Shown here: positions 23,872 through 35,652 of the stretch, piece by piece | How positions within the stretch are numbered: position 1 is the first letter of the stretch | Layout: each line of letters starts with the position of its first letter | From: Phaeosaccion multiseriatum | Taxonomy: Eukaryota; Protista; Ochrophyta, other classes | Length of the DNA stretch: 64,000 nt | Assembly: GCA_965112735.1 (NCBI GenBank) | Contig: OZ218962.1 | Coordinates: 2,790,001 to 2,854,000 of the forward strand | Reading direction: 5' to 3' | Made by a program: the position numbers and the translations under genes | The notes under the pieces: model-generated | The model's input: only the letters and a program-made list of their open reading frames with translations | Told to the model about the DNA's origin: nothing | Database searches by the model: none

Positions 23872-25756
23872 GTCTCCTCAAACGAGCTCAAAGCCGTCCT
23901 CTCCTCCCTCCTGGGCCTCCATCTCGACCACTCCTACCGCCGCCGCTGCCTCCTCTCCCCGCGTCTCCTCGGCAGCAGCAGCCCCTCCCTCTGCCGCTGC
24001 CGCTCCTCTCGTCGCGAGCCGCACTGGCCAGTACCTCTCTGCTCGAATGGCCTTCTGCACCACCTCCCAGGGCGTCGGCACGGGCCCTCCCTCCAACACC
24101 GCACTCAGCACCGCCGGAGAGAAGCCCGAGAGGAGGGCCACGTGGTCTTCGTCCGCCTTGGCCGGGACGGACGCGGTGCCGCTTCCTGCCCGCAGATTCC
24201 AAAACACCACGGTGGGGAGGGCGTAGCCCGCCTTGGCGTACTCCTGCTGCACCAGCTCCCAGTTGGTCTGGTGGGAGGTGGCCACATCGAACTGCATGTC
24301 GGACAGGATGAGCAGTCGGCTGGGCATGTCCTCCTGCGCGAGCTTGCCCCTCTTGGCGGAGTCGAGGATGAGGCGGAACACCTTGTTGAGGTCGGTGTTC
24401 ATGCCCCAGGGCATGCCCTCGATGCCCTGCATCTGCTTCCACAGCGACTGGCTGGTGTCCACCACGTGGAAGGTCGGGGAAGCGTGGAAGGAGATGATGC
24501 GGCCCTTGAAGTGCCCCTTGACGAGAGTGGACAGAAACAGGCTGAGGCCGATGGACACGTCCATGGGCAGGCCGGACATGCTCCCCGACACGTCCGCCAC
24601 GCACAGGGTGCTGTCGAAGGAGTCCCCCAGCTCCTTCCGCACCTCCTCCAGCTTGGTCGCCCACTGCGCCTCCAGCAGCCGAGCGTCGCCTCCCCCGCTC
24701 ATACCGCCGCCGCGCAGCTTCTTCATGCCCTGGTAGATCTCGTGGGGCATGATGGTCTTGGTGTTCACCTTCACCGCGGCGTCCCGCTCCTCCTCGGGCT
24801 TGCTCAGGTTGCTCGCCAGCGCCGCCTTGAACTCGCCGAACCTCTCCGCGTCGTTCTTAGCGAAGGCGCCTGACAGCTTCTTCATGGCCTGCCCGGGCAC
24901 CTTGCCGTACTCCACCTCGTCCCAGCCGCCGGCGCACATCTGCCTCTCCACAATGTACGCCTCCTCCCTCAGACGATTCACCCTCTTGCGGTACTCCTCC
25001 TGCGACCACCCCAGCGACTCCCGCAGTCGCTTGGTGCCCCTGTACGCTCGGTCGTGGGCCTTCCCCTCCGAGGGAAGCCACTTGGCCAGCAGACCCACCG
25101 TTCCACCCCCCGTGGCGGCCTTCCTTGTGGCACCATCGGCCTCTCCTGCCGCCTCGTTATTCTCCTCCTCCTCTGTCGCCTTCACGCTCTGCTCCCACGC
25201 CTCTCCGAGGGAGCGCGCCAGCAGGTCCGTCGCAGCCCTCCCCGCGGCGGTCCTGGAGGGCCGAGAGAGTCGCACGACGTCCTTCCACGACCCGTAGTGG
25301 GGCACCAGGGCGAGGTTAGCGACAAGGTGCTCGCCGTACCCGAGCTGCGCGAGAACCGACCACATGTGGAAGAACAGCTCCTTCTCCCCCTTGCCCTTGC
25401 CCCGAATGTCTCTGCAGTAGAAGCACATCCTCAGGGTGTCCAGGAGGTTCTCCTTCGCGGACGCCTCCATTAGTGTAGTCAGTCGCTTCAGCCCCACGCC
25501 TCGCACGGTGTGGAAGAAGAGGTCCGTGCGAGCGCCGACCTTCTCGTCCATGTCCCGAGACGGCTCAGAAGTCTTGAAGGCCAGAGCCCCGTTCTCGGTC
25601 GTGGTCATCTCCGAAGCCATGCCCTGGATGGCTGCATCGAAGGCAGACATCTTCCCTTTTGCTTGTTGTGCCGAGACCCGCCAGAGCCTGTTTGTCTCCT
25701 GCTTTTCCCTGCTACCTGCAGCTGCTATCCGTGCTGCTATCCGTGCTACTGCAGCA
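23872..25756 (-). repeat. Right arm of the ~1.87-kb inverted repeat
   Basis: Reverse complement of 11070-12942. It carries a small tandem duplication (GCTGCTATCCGT) near its outer end. Confidence 0.95.
23878..25650 (-). CDS. DUF2828-family TROVE-like/vWA protein, intronless, copy B
   Basis: It differs from copy A by only 5 amino acids that I can see (A>T, Q>K, Q>R, M>V, T>M). Confidence 0.92.
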   Translation of the reverse strand: MSAFDAAIQGMASEMTTTENGALAFKTSEPSRDMDEKVGARTDLFFHTVRGVGLKRLTTLMEASAKENLLDTLRMCFYCRDIRGKGKGEKELFFHMWSVLAQLGYGEHLVANLALVPHYGSWKDVVRLSRPSRTAAGRAATDLLARSLGEAWEQSVKATEEEENNEAAGEADGATRKAATGGGTVGLLAKWLPSEGKAHDRAYRGTKRLRESLGWSQEEYRKRVNRLREEAYIVERQMCAGGWDEVEYGKVPGQAMKKLSGAFAKNDAERFGEFKAALASNLSKPEEERDAAVKVNTKTIMPHEIYQGMKKLRGGGMSGGGDARLLEAQWATKLEEVRKELGDSFDSTLCVADVSGSMSGLPMDVSIGLSLFLSTLVKGHFKGRIISFHASPTFHVVDTSQSLWKQMQGIEGMPWGMNTDLNKVFRLILDSAKRGKLAQEDMPSRLLILSDMQFDVATSHQTNWELVQQEYAKAGYALPTVVFWNLRAGSGTASVPAKADEDHVALLSGFSPAVLSAVLEGGPVPTPWEVVQKAIRAERYWPVRLATRGAAAAEGGAAAAEETRGEEAAAAVGVVEMEAQEGGEDGFELV

Positions 25757-26163
25757 CTGGTCCCGGATTGCGCCGTGCCGGATTTCCCAACAGGCTGGCG
25801 TGGTAGCACCAACATCCACTGTTCATACCCCTCCTGGGGCTCACTTCTCCCTCCCCTCTTCTCCTGCCCTTCAATATCGCCTTCATACTTTTCTGGTCTT
25901 TGTTTTAGGCCACTTCTGTATCACACGCCTCGCAACTTCCTCTCTTGCACGCCCCCTGACATCCCGCAATCTGATTCCTTCACTTCCTACCTACGCTCAC
26001 CGCCTCAGGCAGGGAGTGTCCTTGAAACCGGCGAGGAAGGACAGGAGAGGAACGTGGGGAAGAAAGGAGGCTTTAAGGGATTCGCGCCGTTTAAAGTCCT
26101 TCGACCTTCATCGAAGACAGGGGAAGGGCTTTCAGCCAAGAAGGTGGACAGGAGGAAGAGCAA

Positions 26164-27411
26164 ATGACCCTCAACATTGAGCAATACCAGCGGCAGGAGG
26201 GGCAGTCAGAGCGAAATCACAGTCCCCAGCAACGGGGCGCCGCTGTTCCCTCTCCCACGGGTACCACCCCAGGTGGGAACAGCGGGGACCGGACTGCTGC
26301 GGCCTGGGGTGTTGTCGATGCCGTGCTGCGGAGAAAAGTGCTTTGGGGTGTCAGCAGGGCGCTCGACGAGGTGACATCACGTACTCTCGTGCTGAATGCC
26401 ACAATGCCCGCTCGTGTCCAGAAGCAAATGATCGATGTACTCCGGTGGCAGCAGCAGGAAGAGGCGAAGCAGCAGACTCGTGACTTGCCTTCGCTAGAGA
26501 ACCTCTCCATTAGCAGCGGAGAGGGGGTGAGAAGTGGGGGGGGGAGCAAACCGAGGCGCACCTTCCGCGTCACAGCTGTACGCCTCGGTCCCAGGAGCGA
26601 CTTACTTGACGCCCAAGAGATGACTGCTGACGAGGCTCTGGTCACGAAGACGTTGGCGCTGTTGCCGGCATCAGTCAAGCGTGTGTGTTTCTCGCCACTT
26701 TTCAATCAACGGAACATCAAAATACCAGCAACAGTGGAGGAGGTCGTGATGGGGCAACACTTCAGCTTCCCACTGGAGCTGCCTGCCTCTCTCAAGAAGC
26801 TTAAGTTTGAGGAGTACTCAATGTTCAACCAGCCCTTGACCCTCCCTTGGGGTGTGGAGGAGCTGGAGATGGGGTGGAACTTTGACTACCCTCTGGACCT
26901 GCCTGGCTCGCTCAAGAAGATCACACTTGGAGATCGCTTCAATCAGCACGTGCTTCTTCCTCGTGGCGTGGAGGAGGTGTGGATGGGGGAGAACTTTAAC
27001 CAACCTTTGGAGCTGCCTGCCTCGCTCAAGAAGATCTGGTTCTATGAGTACTCCAAGTTCAATCAGCCCTTGAACCTTCCTGGGGCCGTGGAGGAAGTTA
27101 TGGTGGGGCGTGACTATAACCTCCCTCTGGACCTGCCTGCCTCACTGAAGAGGATCAGATTTGCCCTGTGGTCAAAGTTCAAGCAGCCTTTGGACCTTCC
27201 TTGCGGTGTGGAGGAGGTGGTGATGGGTTATGAATTTAACCTCCCTCTGGAGCTGCCTGCTTCCCTTCGAACGCTTGAACTGAGCTCGCGTTACACCTGC
27301 CCTTTGGAGAGCCTGCCTGCTGGCCTGGAGAAGCTGATGGTTGGGAGGGACTGCCCGCTGCCCCCCCATCTACCCTCGAAGCTCGAGGTGACATACAACG
27401 AGGAGGAGTAG
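26164..27411 (+). CDS. FNIP-repeat (LRR-like) protein, intronless
   Basis: 415-aa ORF with tandem FNQPLxLPxxVEEvxMG / FNxPLxLPASLKKI units. Confidence 0.88.
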   Translation: MTLNIEQYQRQEGQSERNHSPQQRGAAVPSPTGTTPGGNSGDRTAAAWGVVDAVLRRKVLWGVSRALDEVTSRTLVLNATMPARVQKQMIDVLRWQQQEEAKQQTRDLPSLENLSISSGEGVRSGGGSKPRRTFRVTAVRLGPRSDLLDAQEMTADEALVTKTLALLPASVKRVCFSPLFNQRNIKIPATVEEVVMGQHFSFPLELPASLKKLKFEEYSMFNQPLTLPWGVEELEMGWNFDYPLDLPGSLKKITLGDRFNQHVLLPRGVEEVWMGENFNQPLELPASLKKIWFYEYSKFNQPLNLPGAVEEVMVGRDYNLPLDLPASLKRIRFALWSKFKQPLDLPCGVEEVVMGYEFNLPLELPASLRTLELSSRYTCPLESLPAGLEKLMVGRDCPLPPHLPSKLEVTYNEEE

Positions 27412-27983
27412 GACGTTACGCACATTACGGACGTTTTCGGACGTTTCGGAGCCGTGTCCACCGCTTGACTGCTGCAAACTGACTCTCGTTGGAGGAGGCA
27501 ACGCACGAAGCACGAAACAGGGCCAGGGTCGGTCAGAGGTCAACATGGCGTCTCAAACGCAGGGGCGTAACACACACTCTGACAGGGTCAGGGTGAGGGT
27601 AAGGGTCAGAGGCAGGCGGTGATCAATTCTTGACGGTGTGAGGCGCTGGCCGGGGTGGAGAGATTGCGGGGGGGGGGGGGGGGCAGAGTCGGCGGGGCGA
27701 GGCAGCACTGAGGAGGTGTTGCTCGTCCTGACCCCTCGTACCTGTTTGCCCCCCCCCTCGGAAGAGAAGGGCCAGGACGGGCAGGGATGGAGAGGCACAC
27801 TGCTCCCCTCGACTTCCTTCCCAAGCCCAAGCTCCACGAGCATAGTGGCAGCGAGTAGAGAGATTTCTAATTGCCATGATTGTTCGCTCTTGTACACTCG
27901 GTTTCTTCCTGCAAGAAAACTGTTGTGAACAAAATAATACTACGAAGTAGCGTTTTACGGGCTGTGCCAGTGCCCATATGGTC

Positions 27984-28410
27984 TCCTCCTCGAGGAAAGG
28001 CGCTGGAGCCCAGCCGTTCTCGTCCTCGACGCCTCCCCTGCCGCCGTTGAACCAGCCCCCACCACCTGCTGAATCACCAACAGTAGCACCACCACCACCA
28101 ACAGCTCTCTGCTGCCGGCAAGCTCGACCCACGTCAGCCCCTTCCGATCCAGGGCGGTGGGTGCCTGTACCTCCTGCTGAATCACCAACTGCTGCTGCTG
28201 CTGGTGGTGCTGCTGTGTACTGCTACTGCCGACATCCTACGTCCTCGCCTACACCTAGACCTCAGCCCCCACCACCATCTCGAGGAGGGGAGGGTCGTCA
28301 CGGGATGGAGGACACTTGTCCATGGCATTGGCATTGCTATTGTTCCAAGCCTTTCTCCCTCGCATGAGCGATCGGTCAGAGGCGAAGCGGAAGCTCCTAA
28401 TGCGGCGTCG
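27984..28410 (-). pseudogene. Decayed inverted copy of the last exon of the ankyrin-CaaX gene (source ~10056-10654)
   Basis: Retains RSFRFASDRSLMRGRKAWNNSNANAMDKCPPSRDDPPLLEMVVGAEV followed by a stop, then QLVIQQ and NGWAPAPFLEE in other frames, with internal deletions. Confidence 0.88.
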
Positions 28411-28813
28411 CACGCCACTCACTCTCCAGAGAGACGGCTCCATCTGCTGCCATTGGCCCCTATTGCTGCTGGTGGCGGTGCTGCTGCTGCTACAGCAGCT
28501 CTGGCCCGACACCATGTCCGTTCATTCTTTCGCTGGGTCCACACTCTCGCCCGACCCAGCGGCTCCTGCAATAGACTCAGCCTGTTTCAAGCCACAGCTC
28601 TAGCGCGTGTGTGCGCGGGAGGTGATGGCCGTCTGGGCAATGACCTCCCCATCAAAACCAACCCAACAGTGGAGAGCACAAGTGTTGGGTGAGCATGGCC
28701 ATCGTCATCATCGCCAGCGATCTCCGCATGGGCAGCACCAAAGAGACTGACCATACCATCCCAGCAGCCCCACATGTAGGCCTCTACAGGCTCCCTTACC
28801 CACCCATACGCCT

Positions 28814-31097
28814 CTACCCATCCTTGAAGACGGACATGCCCACCACGAGCGTGAAGCCCGACAGCGTGCCCAGTAGAGCCCCCACTTGAACACAGAAACC
28901 ACCCCACCGATAGGTGGCCTCAGCACCTGGAGCGGGGGGGGTAAAGGGAGCAAAAGCATAAGGAGCCGACGTCAAGCGAGGGCCTTCAAAATCGTAGAGC
29001 TGGGCAGAGTCCAGACCACACATGCACAACAAACACACGCGCACACACCCACACTCACTCACTCACTCACGGACTCACACACTCAGCCACGCACGCACGC
29101 ACCTGCATCGCCCACTTTGAGCCTGAGGCTGAGAAAGAGTTCAGTGATGGTGAAGCCCGTGAGGAACTGAAACACTGTGTAGGCGGCCACGGGAAGAACA
29201 GCGCCCATCGGACGGTCAAAGAAGGGCGGCTGAGGCGACAGAGCGGCACAACAGATCATGATGGCGGCACAGAGCACAGCGCCTGGTGTCAGGATGTGGT
29301 ATCCTGGAGGGGGAGGGGAGGGAGGGAAGGAGGGAGTGGCGAGGGCCTTGTGTCGATGAGGCGCAGCGCAACCGGGCTTGCTCCGCGTGGCTTCCTCTGG
29401 TCACAGGCAATCAGGGCAGGGCAGCGCAGCAACGAGCCTCCCGTACAGCCCTCCTTCCTTCCTTCCTTCCTTCCTTCCTTCCTTCCTTCCTTCCTTCCTT
29501 CCTCCCTCCCTCCCTCCTTCCTTCCTTCCTCCCTCCCTCCCTCCCTCCCTCCCTCCCTCCCTCCTTCCTTCCTTCCTCCCTCCCTCCCTCCCTCCCTCCC
29601 TCCCTCCTTCCTTCCTTCCTTCCTTCCTTCCTTCCTTCCCCAATTCCGGTGTGCTTGGGTGTCCCCCTGTCCCGCTTTTACGAGGAGTCAAGTCAGTCTT
29701 TTCCCTCGTACCGTAATAGGACCAAAACGCTGTGAGCAGCCTCGCGCTGACGTCCGCAAACATCCCGAGGATGTTGGACCACATGAGCGCCTCAGAGGCG
29801 TTGGCGTAGCCCGACACGACAATGGGGCTGATGGTCGGAATGAAGCCATAGGCCAGGCAGCCGAGCAGAGTCTGGGGGAAGGAGGAAGGCATGAGGATGG
29901 GCGGAGGGAGAGAGATTCAGCCCTGACTAGGCATACAGTGTGGTCCTTTCCGTTACTTTTCCCGTTACTGGAGCCCAGCCTTGGCCGCCTCTATGTATCG
30001 TCACGCCCCCCTTCCCACCCCTCCAGCATGTGCACCCATGCATCCACCCACCCACACACCCACCCACCCACACACACACACACACAGACACACACACATC
30101 CACCCACCCCCACCCACACCTGCTGAAATAGCAGTGGCTGAACGTCTGCGAAGCGGAATGACGAGGCACCCTGCCCCTCCCGCTGCCCCTCCCGCTGGTG
30201 CCTTCCACTGCCATCGCCCTTGCTCGAGAGGGGGCGCGTCTCTGGCTGCCCGCCTTCCTCATGGTGGCTGTGCAGCTGCTGCGGCTGCTGCCGCTGCTGA
30301 GGACCCACCGGCTGCACAAGAAACTCGTCTCCACAGAGCACGATGAAGGCAAAGGCCAGCAGGCCCGCGCCGAATACCACCGCCACGAGCATAAAGTACC
30401 AAGAGAGAGTGAAGCGCAGCTGACCAAACTCACCGCCAGAGTTCTGAACCAGCCCGGCCAGGCCAGCCGCGAGGCCGCTGAGCCCCCCACCCGTGGACAG
30501 GATAGAGGTGAAGCGCTTGCTAAAGCGACCCACAAACGGGTAGTACACCACGTTGGTGGTGTTGGATACGCAGGCGCTGAGGAAGGCGAGGATGAAGAGG
30601 GCATAGCTGTGCGGCGAACCCGCAATGTAAGCCATACGCGAGGCCAGGAAGGAGAGGCTTAGCGACACCAGCATACCACTGATCATGAGGCCGATGATCA
30701 TGACGGAGAGGGTTTCTTCTCTCTGGCGCTGAGAGAAGAGCGACGACATGTAGAGCGCTGGCACCACATTGCCCAGCTGGAGGCTGAGGATGAGGTAGGC
30801 AGCCACATGCACGCCTTCGGGCTGCGTGCGCACGAGGATGGGAAGCTCCGCCCAGAAGGCTGGGTGTGTGGGAGTGAGATGGGGAAAGGAAAGATGGGGA
30901 GAAAAGGGAGGAGGCGAGGAGGGTGGGTTTATGCATTCGGAAACTGGCGGGGAGAATGGTTGTTGTCGCTTACCATTGCTGAGGATAAACGAAGTCATAC
31001 CCACGAGCACAAAGCAGACCGCGAGTACAGCGTGTTTCCAAGAGGGCGGCGGCCGTGCAGCCTTGTCTCCCGAGAGCAGTGGTACGGCTTCCCGCAT
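28814..31097 (-). CDS. SLC52/RFVT-like riboflavin transporter (5 exons: approx. 31097-30974, 30860-30120, 29874-29712, 29283-29103, 28925-28814)
   Basis: Multi-TM protein with GMTSFILSN|AFWAELPILVRTQPEG..AYLILSLQLGNV, ACVSNTTNVVYYPF, GGGLSGL and a terminal QVGALLG, matching SLC52 family hallmarks. Confidence 0.85.
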
Positions 31098-31292
31098 GTT
31101 TCCTCCCCTTTCTCCTTCCCGATGTGGCAATATTCTACGAGTCTACTCGTCCCCACAACTTTAGAGAGGAAGTCTTGTATTTTCTTCGCTACCTTTTTCC
31201 TTTTTCCCCTTTTCCACGCATCGGAAGCCCCTTCAACCAAGATCTCAATGGTCTACTTCGCATGTCGATGACATCGACTTTTCGATTTTGGC

Positions 31293-31300
31293 TTTGGCGC
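31293..31300 (+). promoter_or_regulatory. Candidate E2F site TTTGGCGC upstream of RAD7-like
   Basis: Matches TTTSSCGC and lies 49 nt before the ATG in a 251-bp bidirectional intergenic region. Confidence 0.4.
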
Positions 31301-31348
31301 CAGCCCCCCCACTGTGGCGCCAATCGGCAAAACCAAGGTGTTGGGGAA

Positions 31349-33528
31349 ATGGCACCCTCTAAGGGGCTGAAGGGTGCTGACTCCTTCCTCGGTACATCCG
31401 AGACCGCTACGGGGAGGCGCGGTAGAAGCAGTGGGACCAGAGGCGCCAAAAGCGAAGCCACCGATGACGCAGGGGCAAAGACGCGGGAAGATGAGGAGGG
31501 GGTGATAGAAGTCAGTAGCGATGATGCCGATACGGCCAGCGGAGGAGGAGATGTGGATGGCTGGGTGTGTTCGGTGTGCACGTACCGCAACTCCATGGCA
31601 GATACGACGTGCCCAGTCTGCGAGAAGGGCCGGCGACCCAGTTCCCGCCTGTCCACCCCCATCGCTCCTCCAAGAAAAGCAAGAGGGGCGAAGTCGTCCA
31701 GTGTGCCTGGGCCTACCGGAACTACGAAGTCCCTCACCCCTGCCTCCCCAGCCCCGCCATCGTCGAGCAGAAAGGCTGGTGTGGGCAGTAAGAGGGAGAG
31801 GCCGCGTCGCTCTCCGCAGGACCAGGAGGGGGGGGATGCGCAGCAGAAGGCGAGGGGCAACGGCAAGGCGGTATCTACTCGCGATGAGGAGGACAGCGAC
31901 GAGGAGGACGAGGACGAAGACGAGGACGGTGCTGCCGACGCGAAGCCCCCCCCAAAAAAGAGAAGGGCAGCGGCCGCTTCGACGGCTTCAGCACCAGTAG
32001 TAGCAGCAGCAGCAGCAGCAGCAGGCAACAGAGAAGAAGGAGGAGGAAGACAAGGAAGGGGAGGAGGAACGACGGCTCTCAGGGCCATTGTTGCCAGTGC
32101 GGTGGCACGTAAGCTCGCGGCTCCTGCGTCCCATGCGGTATCGATACGGGCGGAGGGGGAGGGAGAGTCCACTTCGGAGGACGACTCTGATGGGGGCTCC
32201 GATGACAATGGGCAGAGGAGGCGAGGGGCAGTAGTTGGTGATACATTATCAGGAGTAGTCGCAGGACGAGGGAGTGGAACGGGAGGTCGCAAGACGGCCT
32301 CTGCACGCGCATCTTCTCCTTCTGGCAAGGTGGGCGGCTCTGCCGTGCCCAAGACAGCCACCCTCTCTTCAGCCTCGGCTTCTCGTGCTGCTGCTGCTAC
32401 TACTTCTGGCTCCGGAGAGGGAACAAGCAGCGGGAGCGATAGTGGTGGCGCGCTCGAGCCACTGCAGCAGCAGAAGGGAAAGAAAAGGCTGCGCCAGGCA
32501 CAGGTGGCGAGCAAGGGCAAAGGAAAGGACGAGGGTGTTGGGAAGCAGGCGAAGGGTAAAGCAGCGAGCAGCAGAGTAGAGGAGCTGAGCAGCACCTCAG
32601 AAGATGGGGAGTCGGAAGAAGAAGAGGATGGGGAGAGTGTTTTGAGGTCCCTCGGCATCGATGTTGAGGAAGGGGACGAGTGGAAGGCGGAGGACAATGA
32701 GGAGGACAAGGACGACGACGAGCAGCAGGACACCGATCCTGACAATGATTTCGAGTCGGAAGACGAGGGTGGGTTATCTGTGAAGCAGCGCAACAAGCAA
32801 AAGCAAAAGCAAAAGCAAAAGTCACGAGCTAAGCCCGTGGCGGCCAGGGCTCGAGCACAGCCTTCAAACAGAGCGGCGCCGGCACAGAAAGCCGCGGCGG
32901 CCTCCCGTGTGACTAAGGCCAAGGGTAAAGCAAAGCCCAACGCAAAGGGCAAAGGCAAAGCAGCGCAGAGCACCAGCCCTGTCCTCGGGGCTTCTGCTGC
33001 CGCCGCACTTGCCAAGATGAGCGAAGCGGCAATGAGCCACATGGGACGGGATGGTGGTATCGTCAAGGCCGGAGGAGGAGGAGGAGGAGGAGGAGGAGCA
33101 GAGAACGGAGGAGAAGGAGGAGGAGGAGCGGCGGGCAAGGGAAAGGGGAAGGGGAAGGGAGGGTCTGCGGCCAGCTCGGCCTTCAGCTCACGGAAGGACG
33201 CGCAAGCCGCGGTGGCACGGAACCGTGCGGCGCACTTTGCCCGTGCCGATGCCTCTGACCGCATGAGGCCTTCGGGAGGCGGTAAGGCAGGAGGAGGAGC
33301 GGTGGGGCACAGCACACCCATGGGCAGTCTGCGGCAGCGGCAGCAGCAGGGCGGGGGCGGCAAGGGCAGTGGTAGCAGCAGACCCGTGGCTCGGGGAGGA
33401 GGTGGAGGTGGAAATGCGGAGGAGACGGAGGAGGACGAGAGGGAGCAGTGGCCCGGCCCTTGGAGCACCGCGCGGTCACTGCAGAAGGAGAGGGATGAGG
33501 CAGAGGCCAGAGGGGAGGAAGGACAGGT

Positions 33529-33576
<48 letters not shown>

Positions 33577-34773
33577 ATTCGTCAATGTGTGTGTATTGTG
33601 CTGGCCCGGCTGCCGCAGCGCATGTACTCTTGCCTCCCATTGACTTGCTCTATCCACTCTATCTACTGCCCTGCCGGTCTTTCTCCCTTGGGTGTCTGCT
33701 TGGGTCTCTCTCGAAAGGTGGAGTCGGAGGACGAAGACGCCCCTTCCAAGCTTGTGGTGGAGTGGACTCCAACGGGGCGCGGCAGTCTCGTCGACCTCAA
33801 CCCGGTGAGAAGGGACTGGGGAGGGGGCGAGGGAGGGAGGGAGGGAGGGAAGGGAGGGAGGGAGAGAGGGAAGGAATTCTGCCCTCTCTGTAGGGGAGGG
33901 AGGAAGGGATGATGCCATGTCTGCAGGTCCTCCTCCTACAACACCCGCACGCCCTAACCCGCGCACGCACGCACAAACACACACACACACGCAAGCGTAC
34001 ACGTATACGCACACGCACACGCACGTCCTTCTGCTATACCCCTGAGCCCCTCCCGCTCCTCCCGTATCTGAACCTGACTGCTCCTCTCCTCTGACCGCCC
34101 TCCTCTGCTCCCCTCTTTCCTCCTCTGACCTCACATACCTCCCTACCTACCCATCCTACCTGCCACCTGACGTACGTACCTGGTGTCATCAGATCCCGTC
34201 CCTAGCGGACAAGTGCCTGACCTTGCTGGTGCGCCACTTCGAGAGTATAGACAGCTTGGGGGAGGTGGGGGCCCAAGTCAGGCACCGAATCGCCGCACTG
34301 CTCTGCAAGGGTGAGGCAAGCTTACACTCATGACATGGGAAAGCGTGTAGGCACATACTCATCCATACATCCAAACATATATACATACATACATACATAC
34401 ATGCATGCATACATACACACATACATACATACATACATACATACATACATACATACATACATACATACATACATACATGCTCACTCCCACTCTCCCCTCC
34501 CCTTCCCTCCCCTCCCTCACTCCCTGCCTCCCTCCTCTCCCCTCCCCTGTGCAGAGTTGGCCCTGACCACTGAGAACTTGGAGCGGCTCTCTGAGCCCGG
34601 CGTGGACGAGCTTGTGCTATCAGACTGTAGCAGGATCAGCGCCGACCAGATGCAGGTACATGCTGTCGTGCTTTTAAAAGCAGCAAATGAACGAAACCCT
34701 CAGAGACGCTCCTGCTGCTGCTGTCAAGTGGGGACTCTCTCTCTCTCTCTTTCATGTCATTCACCTTCATCTT

Positions 34774-34811
<38 letters not shown>

Positions 34812-35601
34812 CCTCTCTCATCTCGTTGATCTCTCTCTCTCTCTCCGATGCCCCCCTCGCCAACTGCTCACGTACATGAGTGCTCACTCTATATCCCTCA
34901 TTTCCCTCTCTCCTTTCCCTCTCTCTTGCTGACACCATTCGCCATCGGCCACCCCACAGGCGACTCTCCTCCGCTGCTGCAGCTCTCTGCAGACGCTGGA
35001 GCTGGGCATGGCAGGAGGATGCTTCACTGACACAGTCGCCAAGGCACTGATCTCCGACGGCGGCCCGGAGGATGGTAGCAGACAAGACGGGGGCGAGGGT
35101 GGACAAGGAGTAGGAGGAAAGCGAAGCAAAACGGAGGTGGAGACTCCTGAAAATGCAGGCAATGGCAAAGGAAAGGCAAAGGGGAAGGCGAAGAAGACGG
35201 AGGAGAAGGGGGAGGCGCCAATGGAGGTGGACAAGGATGACGGAGCAGCAGCAGGGAGAGGAGGGGGAGGAGGGGGAGGAGGGCTGGTGGCGAAGAGGGC
35301 GATTGACCCCGCGGTGCTGTCTCAATTGGAGGGCATGGGCTTCCCCACTGTGAGGGGCAAGAAGGCCCTGCTCTACGGCAGCGGGGGAGACTTGGAGAGC
35401 GCAGTGAAGTGGATCGCGGAGCATCAGGAGGATGCAGGGATCGACGACCTCATTGAGGAGACGGACAAGGGGAAGGAGAGGGGTCCGGCAGTGGAGGTGG
35501 TGAAGAACAAGAAGAAGAAGGACAACCCGCGCTTCCCTGCCCTGACTAAGCTCAGTATCACAGGTAGCTGGGGCTGGGCGGGGGGTTGGGTGCGTTGTGT
35601 G

Positions 35602-35652
<51 letters not shown>

